IMG/VR virus record: IMGVR_UViG_3300049792_000050
Coordinates: 1-43,706 of that record
Direction: 5' to 3' (one strand)
Origin: a virus
Taxonomy: Duplodnaviria; Caudoviricetes
DNA length: 43,706 nt
Below are positions 7,660-15,717 of this stretch, one piece after another (position 1 is the first letter of the stretch; every line of letters begins with the position of its first letter). The position numbers and the translations under genes are program-made. The notes beneath the pieces were generated by a model. The model worked only from the letters and a program-made list of their open reading frames with translations, did no database searches and had not been told where the DNA came from.

Positions 7660-8163
7660 TCAGATAGGAATCTGCCAGGAGTTGGGGCTGGAAGGCGCCC
7701 AGGCGCGAAGCGAATCGATCGTGATCCCCGGGTGCCACTCGATGTGACCGTAGTCATGGAACGATCGGCCCGAGATGATTCCGAGAGCGGCCCCTTCGTT
7801 CGCGATCTCGTCGTAGACGTCTGAGGCGTCCATCGGCGAATAGACCCAGTCGAGGACTCCCTTCACCAGCGGCGCGAAGTCGAGCGCGCAGCCCGGGTAG
7901 TGCCAGGTCTCGAACCACTTCGCGTTGGTGATGGTGCGCGTGTTGTCGGCGGCGGTGATCGGAGCGAGTCCAGCGGCGATGTAGAGGCCGTTCACCACGG
8001 CCAGCGGCTGCCGGCCGCGGGCGTAGTAAGCCTCGCCGGTCGCACGCGCGCGACGCGTTTCGAGGACGAAGGGCAGGAGCGACTTCGCGGCGCAGCGGCG
8101 CTGCCATTCTGCGAACACCGGCACCGCCTTGGGATGCAGCTCCCTCATGTCCCGAATCAGCAT
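7660..8163 (-). CDS. Endolysin, M15 family zinc peptidase (L-Ala-D-Glu type)
   Basis: LHP...ETRR...YARGR...ITNAK..TWHYPGCALD (Hx6D)...DYGHIE; AGGAG RBS before ATG 8163. Confidence 0.85.
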   Translation of the reverse strand: MLIRDMRELHPKAVPVFAEWQRRCAAKSLLPFVLETRRARATGEAYYARGRQPLAVVNGLYIAAGLAPITAADNTRTITNAKWFETWHYPGCALDFAPLVKGVLDWVYSPMDASDVYDEIANEGAALGIISGRSFHDYGHIEWHPGITIDSLRAWAPSSPNSWQIPI

Positions 8164-8171
8164 CGGCGCTC

Positions 8172-10574
8172 CTAGGCCATCGTGAAAAGGCGTTCCTGGT
8201 AGGTGCCGACGACGGCTCCATTGACCGGAATCACGCGGATCGAGACCGAGGCCCCGGCCGTGGCGGCGTCGGCCGACTGGAAGGCCGCCGTCCACGTCCA
8301 GGACGTGCCCGTCAGGGCCGTCACCGTTCGCTTGAGCGTGCCGCCGACCCTGACCTCGATCGTGTAGTCGCCCTCGGGCGCGACGAAATAGTCGCCGGCG
8401 TCCTGGGCCACCACCCGATGATCGAAGTACTGATGGACGCGGTGCCGATGATTCCAGCTCACCACGGCGTCGACGCCGGCCGTCACAGTCGCCGGATAGG
8501 TGGTCCCGGCGACCTTCACGTTGCCCGGCGGGTAAGGCCTGGGCGCCCGACTCGCCGTCGTGACCGACGTCGCGGTCGCAGAGGCGATAGGCAGCACGCC
8601 ACGCGCGTTGAAGGGCAGGAGCTTGGCGGCAACGGTGACGTCGGCCGGGTACATGCTCGGATCGACCAGGCCCAGGGCTGTGGGCCCGATGAACCAGACG
8701 CGCGCGTTGTCGGCGTGTGCGGCCGCGACGGTGTCGAGCACGCCGCGCATGACGCGGGAGATCGTCCACGTGCCGTCGCCGTTGTCGACGACGTCGCGGA
8801 AACTCAGGATCTCGTCATCGATCAGGGCGAGGTTCTTGCCCGCGAGCAGCTCGGTTTCCGTGCAGGGCAGGAGGAGCGACAGATCAACCCCGCCGTCGAC
8901 GATGAACCCGGTCGTGTCGGTCGCGGCCGTGTTGAGAGCGTAGGCCCCGACGAGCTGGGCGCTCGGCGTGAATCCCGTTACGGTATTCGTCAGAATGTAC
9001 GCCGTCCCGCCCGCGCGATCGCTCCAGACCTCGTAGCCCTGGGCGGCGCCCTGCCCACGCGCAGCGCAGGCCCCCGCGAGACGCGCCTCGCTGCCGACCA
9101 GGTGATACGGAAACTCGATCAATCTCTGCTGGCTCACCGCCATCGGCGCGCCCACCGGGTTGACCCAGCCGGACGCCGGCGGCGGGCTGAAGGCGGCGGT
9201 CTCGAGCGAGAAGATGTCCTGGATGGCCTCGAGCGTGATCTCGGGGTCCTCGAGCTCGCCATACGAGGGCTTGACCACCCGCATGACTAGGCCGGCGATC
9301 CCAAGGGGCGCGTAGTTGACCTTGAACGGTGCTCCGGGGGTGAGCGCCCACGCCTGGCGGTTGACCTTGATCGTCGCGCGCGCGAGCGGGTAGGAGCCGG
9401 CCTTGACCTCGCGCGCGGCGATCAGATTCGCGACCTCGGCGCGCGACGCCCCCATGAAGTCCATGGTCTCGACCACGCGCGTGCCCTGGATCTGGACGGC
9501 GGCCAGGTTCTGCTGCTCGGCGACGCGCTGCGTGTACTGGTCGGCTCGAGAGGCATAGCGGACCTGGGCGGTGTTCGAGAGCTCGGACCAGGACGGCCTC
9601 GAGAGCTCGAGCGAGGCGATCATCGACTCGTCGAGGATCGGGATCGTGTTCGGGTCGAAGTCCGCGCGGATCAGCCGGATGGTGATGAGGCCGGTCGCGG
9701 GGTCCTTGTAGATCGTGGCGTCGATGTGCCGGAGGATCTCCTCGATGATGGCATCACCGTCGGCCTGGCTGTCGTGGTTCATCGAGAGCCCGAGGCCCTC
9801 GGCATAGATCGCGTTGCCGGCGGCCTGGAAGCTCGCAAGGTCGATCTCACCGCTTGGGCGCTCGCAGCCCCAGTCCTGGTTGATCAAAATATCGTAGAGG
9901 TGGCAGACCGGGTTGGCGTCGTAGGTCGCGATGATGTGCTTGCTGCCGGTCAGGCCCAGCGTGTTCGGATAGAGCGAGACCTCGAACGCGAAGTTCTTGA
10001 GATAGGCGCTCGTGCCGACGTAGATGTGCCGGAAGACCGCGTACGCGAGCGTCCGGTAGGCCGGCAGGTCCGTGCCCAGCGCCGCCTCGAGATAATCGCT
10101 CGGATTCTGCGAGCTGGTGCCCAGGAACACGTCTACCGCGCCATCGGGATCATCCCCGTGCACCGGAATGAACAGGAACGACTTGAACGGAGCGATGGTC
10201 GCGCGCTTGTGGTCGCCCACCGTCGTGATCACGGCCCCCAGGGGGCGCTCGTCCCACCAGATGTCCCTCAGGACGTCCACCAAGCCCTGGCAGAGCGCGA
10301 GCTGCATGCCGAGGAAGTAACGATAGCCGGTCGTCGTGCCGCCCGACTTGATCGCCTGGGTGGTGAGGTCGCCGTACCACAGGACGTTCGGCCCCTTGAG
10401 CAGCACCGTGCCGCAGGCGACCGGGATCGCCCGCGCCGCATCCACCGTCGGCACCTGGAAGTCGCCGAGGCCCGAGGCCTTGGGCCGCGCCGGGTCTTTG
10501 CGCATGAGCTGGGTCAAGCCCCACTGCGCGATCGTGGTCCCGATCCAGACGAGAACGAACACCCACCAGGCCAT
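8172..10574 (-). CDS. Tail tip / central tail hub protein (800 aa)
   Basis: IPVACGTVLLKGPNVLWYGD, GYRYFLGMQLALCQG, DANPVCHLYDIL, IDLASF, RGVLDTVAAAH, typical of siphovirus/GTA-like tail-tip proteins; last large tail gene. Confidence 0.85.
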   Translation of the reverse strand: MAWWVFVLVWIGTTIAQWGLTQLMRKDPARPKASGLGDFQVPTVDAARAIPVACGTVLLKGPNVLWYGDLTTQAIKSGGTTTGYRYFLGMQLALCQGLVDVLRDIWWDERPLGAVITTVGDHKRATIAPFKSFLFIPVHGDDPDGAVDVFLGTSSQNPSDYLEAALGTDLPAYRTLAYAVFRHIYVGTSAYLKNFAFEVSLYPNTLGLTGSKHIIATYDANPVCHLYDILINQDWGCERPSGEIDLASFQAAGNAIYAEGLGLSMNHDSQADGDAIIEEILRHIDATIYKDPATGLITIRLIRADFDPNTIPILDESMIASLELSRPSWSELSNTAQVRYASRADQYTQRVAEQQNLAAVQIQGTRVVETMDFMGASRAEVANLIAAREVKAGSYPLARATIKVNRQAWALTPGAPFKVNYAPLGIAGLVMRVVKPSYGELEDPEITLEAIQDIFSLETAAFSPPPASGWVNPVGAPMAVSQQRLIEFPYHLVGSEARLAGACAARGQGAAQGYEVWSDRAGGTAYILTNTVTGFTPSAQLVGAYALNTAATDTTGFIVDGGVDLSLLLPCTETELLAGKNLALIDDEILSFRDVVDNGDGTWTISRVMRGVLDTVAAAHADNARVWFIGPTALGLVDPSMYPADVTVAAKLLPFNARGVLPIASATATSVTTASRAPRPYPPGNVKVAGTTYPATVTAGVDAVVSWNHRHRVHQYFDHRVVAQDAGDYFVAPEGDYTIEVRVGGTLKRTVTALTGTSWTWTAAFQSADAATAGASVSIRVIPVNGAVVGTYQERLFTMA

Positions 10575-11452
10575 CAGGGATTCCCGCCGAGCAGGTCGTC
10601 GATATCCGTGCCGCCGACGTTGTGGGAAAGGAGAGCGGCGAGGCCCGACCCCGTCCCCGAGCCCAGCGCCGAGCCGAAAGGGTTCCTCGTGGGTACGCGC
10701 GCGAAGCCGAAGTGGTTGTCGAGGTTAGCGAACTTCGAGGCGCACACGGCCTCGGTCCGCTCGCAGCCAGCGAAGGCGGTGACCTGCTCGTTGACCAGGA
10801 GGGTCGCGAACGGGGCGACGAGCGTGAGGACGGTGCCCACGTGCTTGACGATCCAGCGGCGCTCGCCATTGGCGCGCTCGACCCAGCCGTTGTTGAACCA
10901 GCCGTCAGGCTGGGAGGAGAACGCGCTCCCGGTGATGGTCTCGCCCGAGATCACGGTCACGGTCGCGAGCACCTTGAAGAGGTCCTTGTTGACGCCGCAC
11001 TGGGGAGAGTAGAGCGCCCAGTTGCACTGGGCCTGGAACGTGTTTCGCGGGATCCGGCGGCGCAGATTTGCGTCGGTCGGAACGCAGGTCAAATGGCATT
11101 CCGCGCCCTCAAATCTGGCGTGCCCGATCTCCCACGTGCCCACGACCTCCTGCGCCTCGCTGCGATGCCGGCTGATCACGGTGACGGTGATGGCGGGCTC
11201 GGGCGCATAGGCGACGAAAGGAGCGGCGATCGGGTTGTCGCGAGGGACTGAGATTTCGATCGCGCCCTTCAGGCTCTCGCCGTCGAGCTCGAGCTGGCCC
11301 CGGTGGATCGGCGCGGGAGTGTACGTCTCGCCCGAGCGCGACTGCTCGACGTCGGCCGAGGTGTACGTGTAGACCGTCGAGCCGTAGATGAACCGGAAGA
11401 GCTCGATCGGCTCGCCCAGCGCCTGGGAGGTTTCACGTGCGGCATACGTCAT
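10574..11452 (-). CDS. Tail tip assembly protein, DUF2163/BR0599 family (gpL-like, Cys-rich)
   Basis: PIELFRF, CNWALYSPQCGV, AGCERTEAVCASKFANLDNHFGF..P; ATGA coupling. Confidence 0.85.
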   Translation of the reverse strand: MTYAARETSQALGEPIELFRFIYGSTVYTYTSADVEQSRSGETYTPAPIHRGQLELDGESLKGAIEISVPRDNPIAAPFVAYAPEPAITVTVISRHRSEAQEVVGTWEIGHARFEGAECHLTCVPTDANLRRRIPRNTFQAQCNWALYSPQCGVNKDLFKVLATVTVISGETITGSAFSSQPDGWFNNGWVERANGERRWIVKHVGTVLTLVAPFATLLVNEQVTAFAGCERTEAVCASKFANLDNHFGFARVPTRNPFGSALGSGTGSGLAALLSHNVGGTDIDDLLGGNP

Positions 11453-12063
11453 GCCGGCACCTCGAGCGGAAGCTCGCGGAACGCCAGGTCCGCCTCGGCC
11501 AGGAACGGGTTCTGCCATCGGATCGGCACATCGTCGGAATCCAGCCGGCAGAACGCGAGGTAGCTCACCAGTCGATCGACCGGCACGTCCTCGGGCAGGC
11601 TGGCCGACAGGTTGAGCGTCTCGGTGCCATTGCCGTTGTCGACCGAGGCGGTCACCTTGGCGATGAAGAACGTGCCCTGGGGTCGCGTGAATGCCAGGTA
11701 GCGGCGCGCGAGCACCTGGAACATGGTCCGGGTGTAGCTGATGAACCGGATCGTGATCGTCGAGGCGCCCGAGGAGGCCGCAGCCGCGAGCGGGATCTCC
11801 GCCCCGAAGGTGGGCGTCCAGAAGGGCACGAAGCGGCCGCGGCGCGCCGCGAGGAAGGCGCGCAGCAGGGCGATCTCGCTCCGCCCATTCGCCAGCCACG
11901 TGAAACTGCGCGCGGGGATCGCTTGGCCGACGTCGTCGTCCCAAGTCCGCCGGCCGAGGCCCGAGCCGACGAGCGTTCCTTTCCTCGAGAACGAGTGGCG
12001 GATCGACTCGCGCATGTTGTGGGTCTGCTGGTCGAGCAGGTCGACGCCGAGGTAGGTGCTCAT
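11449..12063 (-). CDS. Minor tail protein (distal-tail-like)
   Basis: LRAFLAARRGRFVPFWTPTF and CRLDSDDV motifs; coupled to both neighbours. Confidence 0.7.
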   Translation of the reverse strand: MSTYLGVDLLDQQTHNMRESIRHSFSRKGTLVGSGLGRRTWDDDVGQAIPARSFTWLANGRSEIALLRAFLAARRGRFVPFWTPTFGAEIPLAAAASSGASTITIRFISYTRTMFQVLARRYLAFTRPQGTFFIAKVTASVDNGNGTETLNLSASLPEDVPVDRLVSYLAFCRLDSDDVPIRWQNPFLAEADLAFRELPLEVPA

Positions 12064-13115
12064 CTGGGCTCGGTCTCGAACTGGGCGTCGATCTGGTAGA
12101 GGCCTGGGCGCAGCTCCTCGGGCGCGATGTCCCCGGTCGGGCGCGCCGGCAGAAGCGGGGCGACCGTCGTCGTGCCCTTCGGCCACGCGGCCGCGGTCGG
12201 GGATTGGAGCACGAGCGCGCTCGGGCTGACCGAGAGGATCTTGACCGCCTCCCAGGTCATGGTGTCCTTCCACAGGACCGCCAGGTCACCGGCCTCGTAG
12301 ATCCGGGTCGTGGTGTCGATCGCGATCGAGGTCGCGCCCGAGGCGATGTCGGCCGTCGGATGCGAGGCGTCCGGCCAGTACGGCACGGTGAAGAGCAGGC
12401 GACCCTCGTTCAGGAGCTTGGCGAGCATGTAGGCTGCCTCCTGGGACGAGCTCGCGAGGCCCGCGAGGTCGAGCACGCGTCGCGGCACGGTGCGCAGGCT
12501 GCGGCGCTGCTCGTTCCCGTTCTTCGCCTGGGTGACCGTCGTCAGGTGCCCGAACGTCTCCTTGAGCTCGACCGCCCAGTTGTGGGGAAGGGGATAGACC
12601 GTGAGCCGGACGCCTAGCACGTGCGTGTCGGTGCCGGTGAACCCGGGGAACACCCACGTGACCAGGCTGTCGATCACCGGGTCGCCCTCAGGCGAGACCA
12701 CGATGGTCGTGAAGTAGCTCGAGAAGGGGGGCCAGAACGTCGGCAGCGTCGGGCCCGAGCCGATGGTGACGCCGTCGGACCCGGTGACGCCGACCGAGTT
12801 GCCGCGGTGCGAGATCTCGTCGGCGTTCCAGACTTCGACCTGGAACGACACCTGGGTCACCACGCCGCCGACGTCTTTGACGCGCGGGATCACATGGATG
12901 ATGCCGAAGAAGATCTGGTCCCACAGCCGCTGTCGCCTGCCGAGCACGTTCTGCGCGATGACACTCGGAACGCCCGTCAAAACGGATCCCCGCAGCGCGG
13001 CATCCGTCTCGACCAGGTTGTGTTCGAAGTAGCTCGTGTAATCGTCCAGATCGCCGGTGACGCCGGGGGGCGACGCGCTCTCCTCGAGCAGCTCGATCGA
13101 ACGACCGTCGGCCAT
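12060..13115 (-). CDS. Minor tail / virion structural protein
   Basis: HNWAVELKETFGHLT..GNEQRRSLRTVPRR; position after the tape measure gene. Confidence 0.7.
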   Translation of the reverse strand: MADGRSIELLEESASPPGVTGDLDDYTSYFEHNLVETDAALRGSVLTGVPSVIAQNVLGRRQRLWDQIFFGIIHVIPRVKDVGGVVTQVSFQVEVWNADEISHRGNSVGVTGSDGVTIGSGPTLPTFWPPFSSYFTTIVVSPEGDPVIDSLVTWVFPGFTGTDTHVLGVRLTVYPLPHNWAVELKETFGHLTTVTQAKNGNEQRRSLRTVPRRVLDLAGLASSSQEAAYMLAKLLNEGRLLFTVPYWPDASHPTADIASGATSIAIDTTTRIYEAGDLAVLWKDTMTWEAVKILSVSPSALVLQSPTAAAWPKGTTTVAPLLPARPTGDIAPEELRPGLYQIDAQFETEPR

Positions 13116-14116
13116 CAGGCGAACTTGCGGACGGCGATGTGCGGGAAGAGCATGAAGTCCTTCCCGTTCACCGTCTGGATCGAGGCCGCGGAGAAACCGT
13201 TCTCGACCGCGCCGCAGATGAACACGTTCGGCAGGTCGCCGATCAGGCTCCAGCCGCCAGCGTCACGCTCGGCATACGCGCGGATCGGCAGCATCGGAGC
13301 CTGCGCGTTGAAGTTACTCACGATGTGGGTCAGGAGGCGCGCGAATCCGGCGATCTCTGGCGGAACGAGCACGGCACCCGTGTTGTAGTCGATGCCCGAG
13401 TGGCCGCGCTTGCCGGTGTAGCCCTCGGCGCCGGTCGTGCCGAGCGCGGAGAAACCGACCCACTTGCCGGTGAACGCGTCGACGTCGACGCGCACGAACG
13501 CGGCGCAGCCGAGTTGGGTCGAGGTGCCCGTGTTGTAGTTCTGGCAGATCCCGAACGGGGGACCTCCGCTCGTGTTGTCGTCCCCCATGATCTGGGTGGT
13601 CGTGCCGCCGAACTGCGCGGCATGGGTGGAGAAGAAGTAGAGCCCGCCCGTCCACGTGCCCGCCTTGTTGAACGTGCGGCCGAAGCCGAGGTGCGTGAAC
13701 AGGCCGCCCGACCGCTCGACCACGACCACGATGTTGTCGGCGCCGTCGTCGAAGAAGTGGTAGGCGGTGATCGCCCCCGAGAGCATGCGCATGGTCGCGC
13801 CCACGGTGTCCGAGGTGCCATTCGCCTTGGGGGCGCCCGCCTGCAGGCTCCACGCGGACGCGCCCGAGTAGCCCGTGCCCATGTAGAGGCCGATACCGGT
13901 CGAGACCGGGGTCGACTGGACGTTGGGCCAGATCGCCTCGGCCACGTGGCTCCGGAAGTTGACGTAGTCCGAGCCCTTGTGGAGATGGGCGCGCTTGCCG
14001 GTGCCGTCGGTCGCGACCGAGTCCGACGTCCAGCCCTGGCCGGTCAGGAACGTCACCAGCTTGTCGAGCAGGTCGGTCGGGCTGGTGGCGGCTCCGGTCG
14101 CGTAGTTGGCGGCCAT
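13115..14116 (-). CDS. Virion structural (tail) protein
   Basis: YATGAATSPTDLLDKL N-terminus, apparently paralogous to the upstream 532-aa gene. Confidence 0.7.
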   Translation of the reverse strand: MAANYATGAATSPTDLLDKLVTFLTGQGWTSDSVATDGTGKRAHLHKGSDYVNFRSHVAEAIWPNVQSTPVSTGIGLYMGTGYSGASAWSLQAGAPKANGTSDTVGATMRMLSGAITAYHFFDDGADNIVVVVERSGGLFTHLGFGRTFNKAGTWTGGLYFFSTHAAQFGGTTTQIMGDDNTSGGPPFGICQNYNTGTSTQLGCAAFVRVDVDAFTGKWVGFSALGTTGAEGYTGKRGHSGIDYNTGAVLVPPEIAGFARLLTHIVSNFNAQAPMLPIRAYAERDAGGWSLIGDLPNVFICGAVENGFSAASIQTVNGKDFMLFPHIAVRKFA

Positions 14117-14117
14117 G

Positions 14118-15716
14118 TCAGTCGAGCCTCACGGCGAAGAAGTCGCCGGCGCCGCCGCGCGTGACGTCCGGGAACGCGACGTAGTTGTCGCGGCCGATCG
14201 CGATCGCGGCCTCGGCCGAGAGCCCCGACCCCGTGACGGCGTGCACGCCGTCGAGCTGCCCGTACGCGTTGTCCGGGGCCCGCTCGAAGAGTACGACCGG
14301 GAACAGCGAGTATTTGCCGTCCAGGTCGGGCTTGAGGCCCGAGAACCCGTAGGCGTACGGCCAGGTCGTGCCGCACGGGGACTGAATCTTGAGGTCGTAG
14401 AAGTCCGAGCGCGACAGGAACGCCAGCCAGGAGCCGTCGGGCTTCCGGAGCCGCGCGCTCGAGCCGGTCGCGAAGTCCGAAGCCCCGCTCGGCAGGGTGA
14501 CGAACGGCAGGACGAACGTGGTGTGCTTCGCGTGAGCGGTGCCGACCAGCCACAAGTTCGACGTGCTCACGGGCTCGCCGCTCGAGAGATCGAAATAGAG
14601 CGAGCCGCCCACGAACAGGGGATAGGGCCACTGCCCCGGGGATGCGTACGGGTGGATGAGCCCGAGATAGGCGGCGCCGTAGGTCGAGCCCGACTTAACG
14701 ACCACGATCACGCGCCGCCCGTTCCCGATGAACCAGTAGCCGAGCGAGGCGTTCGAGAGCGGAAGCACCGGGCCATAGGGCGACGTCGTCTTGATCGATC
14801 CCGGCTGGGTGAAGAAGTCGGCCGAGGCGTCATAGGCGGTATAGCCGTTGAGCCGCCAGTCGTACCAGCCGGCGCCGGCGTTCTCGAACGGGTGGACGCC
14901 GACGATGATCTGGGAGGCGTTGTCGTTGCCGGGCGCTTGCCAGATGTAGCTCGACAGCCGGAACACGCGGCGCTCGCCCACGCCCCAGGCGGTTTCGTTC
15001 CGATAGCTGCCGACGATCACCCAGGTCGTACCGTTGAAGTACTCGAGCGTGAAATCCTTCGGCATCGCGCTCGTTCCGGCGCCGGTCGCCGAGGACAGCG
15101 TGAGCGCGACCTCCTTGATCGCCTTCGTCGTGCCGAGCGCGTACTCGAGCCAGCCCGAGGCGCCGGTCAAGATCGCGCGCGTCGAGTTGCTGCCGTCGAA
15201 CGCGTTCGCGGCCGTCGATCCCGAGCTCGCGCTCGCGGTCCCGCCAGTGGCCAGGTTGGGGCCGCCGTGGGTGTCCATGAGCTCCATCTCGCCGATCTCG
15301 ATGGGAGCAGCGCCGACGGTGGTCTGGACGTTGAGCCGCCAGCGCGTGGCGGTCGCGGTCACGGGCGAACGCAGCGCCTGCCAGGGGGGAGCCGTGGCGA
15401 GCGTGAAGGCGTCGCCGACGATGAACGCGGTCCCGCCGGCCGAGATCAGGAAAGTCAGCTTCGCGTGCGAGAAGGGCGTGCCGACGGTCGCGCTGCCGAG
15501 CGATCCCGAGATCGAGCCGACCACGCTGAACGCTGTCGCGCTCGTCGCGGTGATGGTGAACGTCTCGGCGATCGTGGACGCACCACCGGCCCAGGCGGTC
15601 ATCAGCCCGTTCCCCGTGCCCGTGTAGGCGACTCCGAACGCGCTCCCCTTGGTGAGGAACACGTTGAGCTTCGTGAGGAGGTCGATGTGGTCGGTGGCGG
15701 TGCCGATCTCGTACAC
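14118..15716 (-). CDS. Virion structural (tail) protein with inserted discoidin/F5/8C-like domain
   Basis: YEIGTATDHIDLL start, GQWPYPLFVGG, GQLDGV..V.G, FFAVRLD end; internal GGTASASS..AFDG...PKDFTLEY...TW segment. Confidence 0.7.
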   Translation of the reverse strand: MYEIGTATDHIDLLTKLNVFLTKGSAFGVAYTGTGNGLMTAWAGGASTIAETFTITATSATAFSVVGSISGSLGSATVGTPFSHAKLTFLISAGGTAFIVGDAFTLATAPPWQALRSPVTATATRWRLNVQTTVGAAPIEIGEMELMDTHGGPNLATGGTASASSGSTAANAFDGSNSTRAILTGASGWLEYALGTTKAIKEVALTLSSATGAGTSAMPKDFTLEYFNGTTWVIVGSYRNETAWGVGERRVFRLSSYIWQAPGNDNASQIIVGVHPFENAGAGWYDWRLNGYTAYDASADFFTQPGSIKTTSPYGPVLPLSNASLGYWFIGNGRRVIVVVKSGSTYGAAYLGLIHPYASPGQWPYPLFVGGSLYFDLSSGEPVSTSNLWLVGTAHAKHTTFVLPFVTLPSGASDFATGSSARLRKPDGSWLAFLSRSDFYDLKIQSPCGTTWPYAYGFSGLKPDLDGKYSLFPVVLFERAPDNAYGQLDGVHAVTGSGLSAEAAIAIGRDNYVAFPDVTRGGAGDFFAVRLD

Positions 15717-15717
15717 G

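Noticed and set aside
11449-13115. Possible frameshift or pseudogene splitting one tail protein in two
   Set aside because: Clean ATGA stop/start coupling at 12060-12063 fits two genuine genes.
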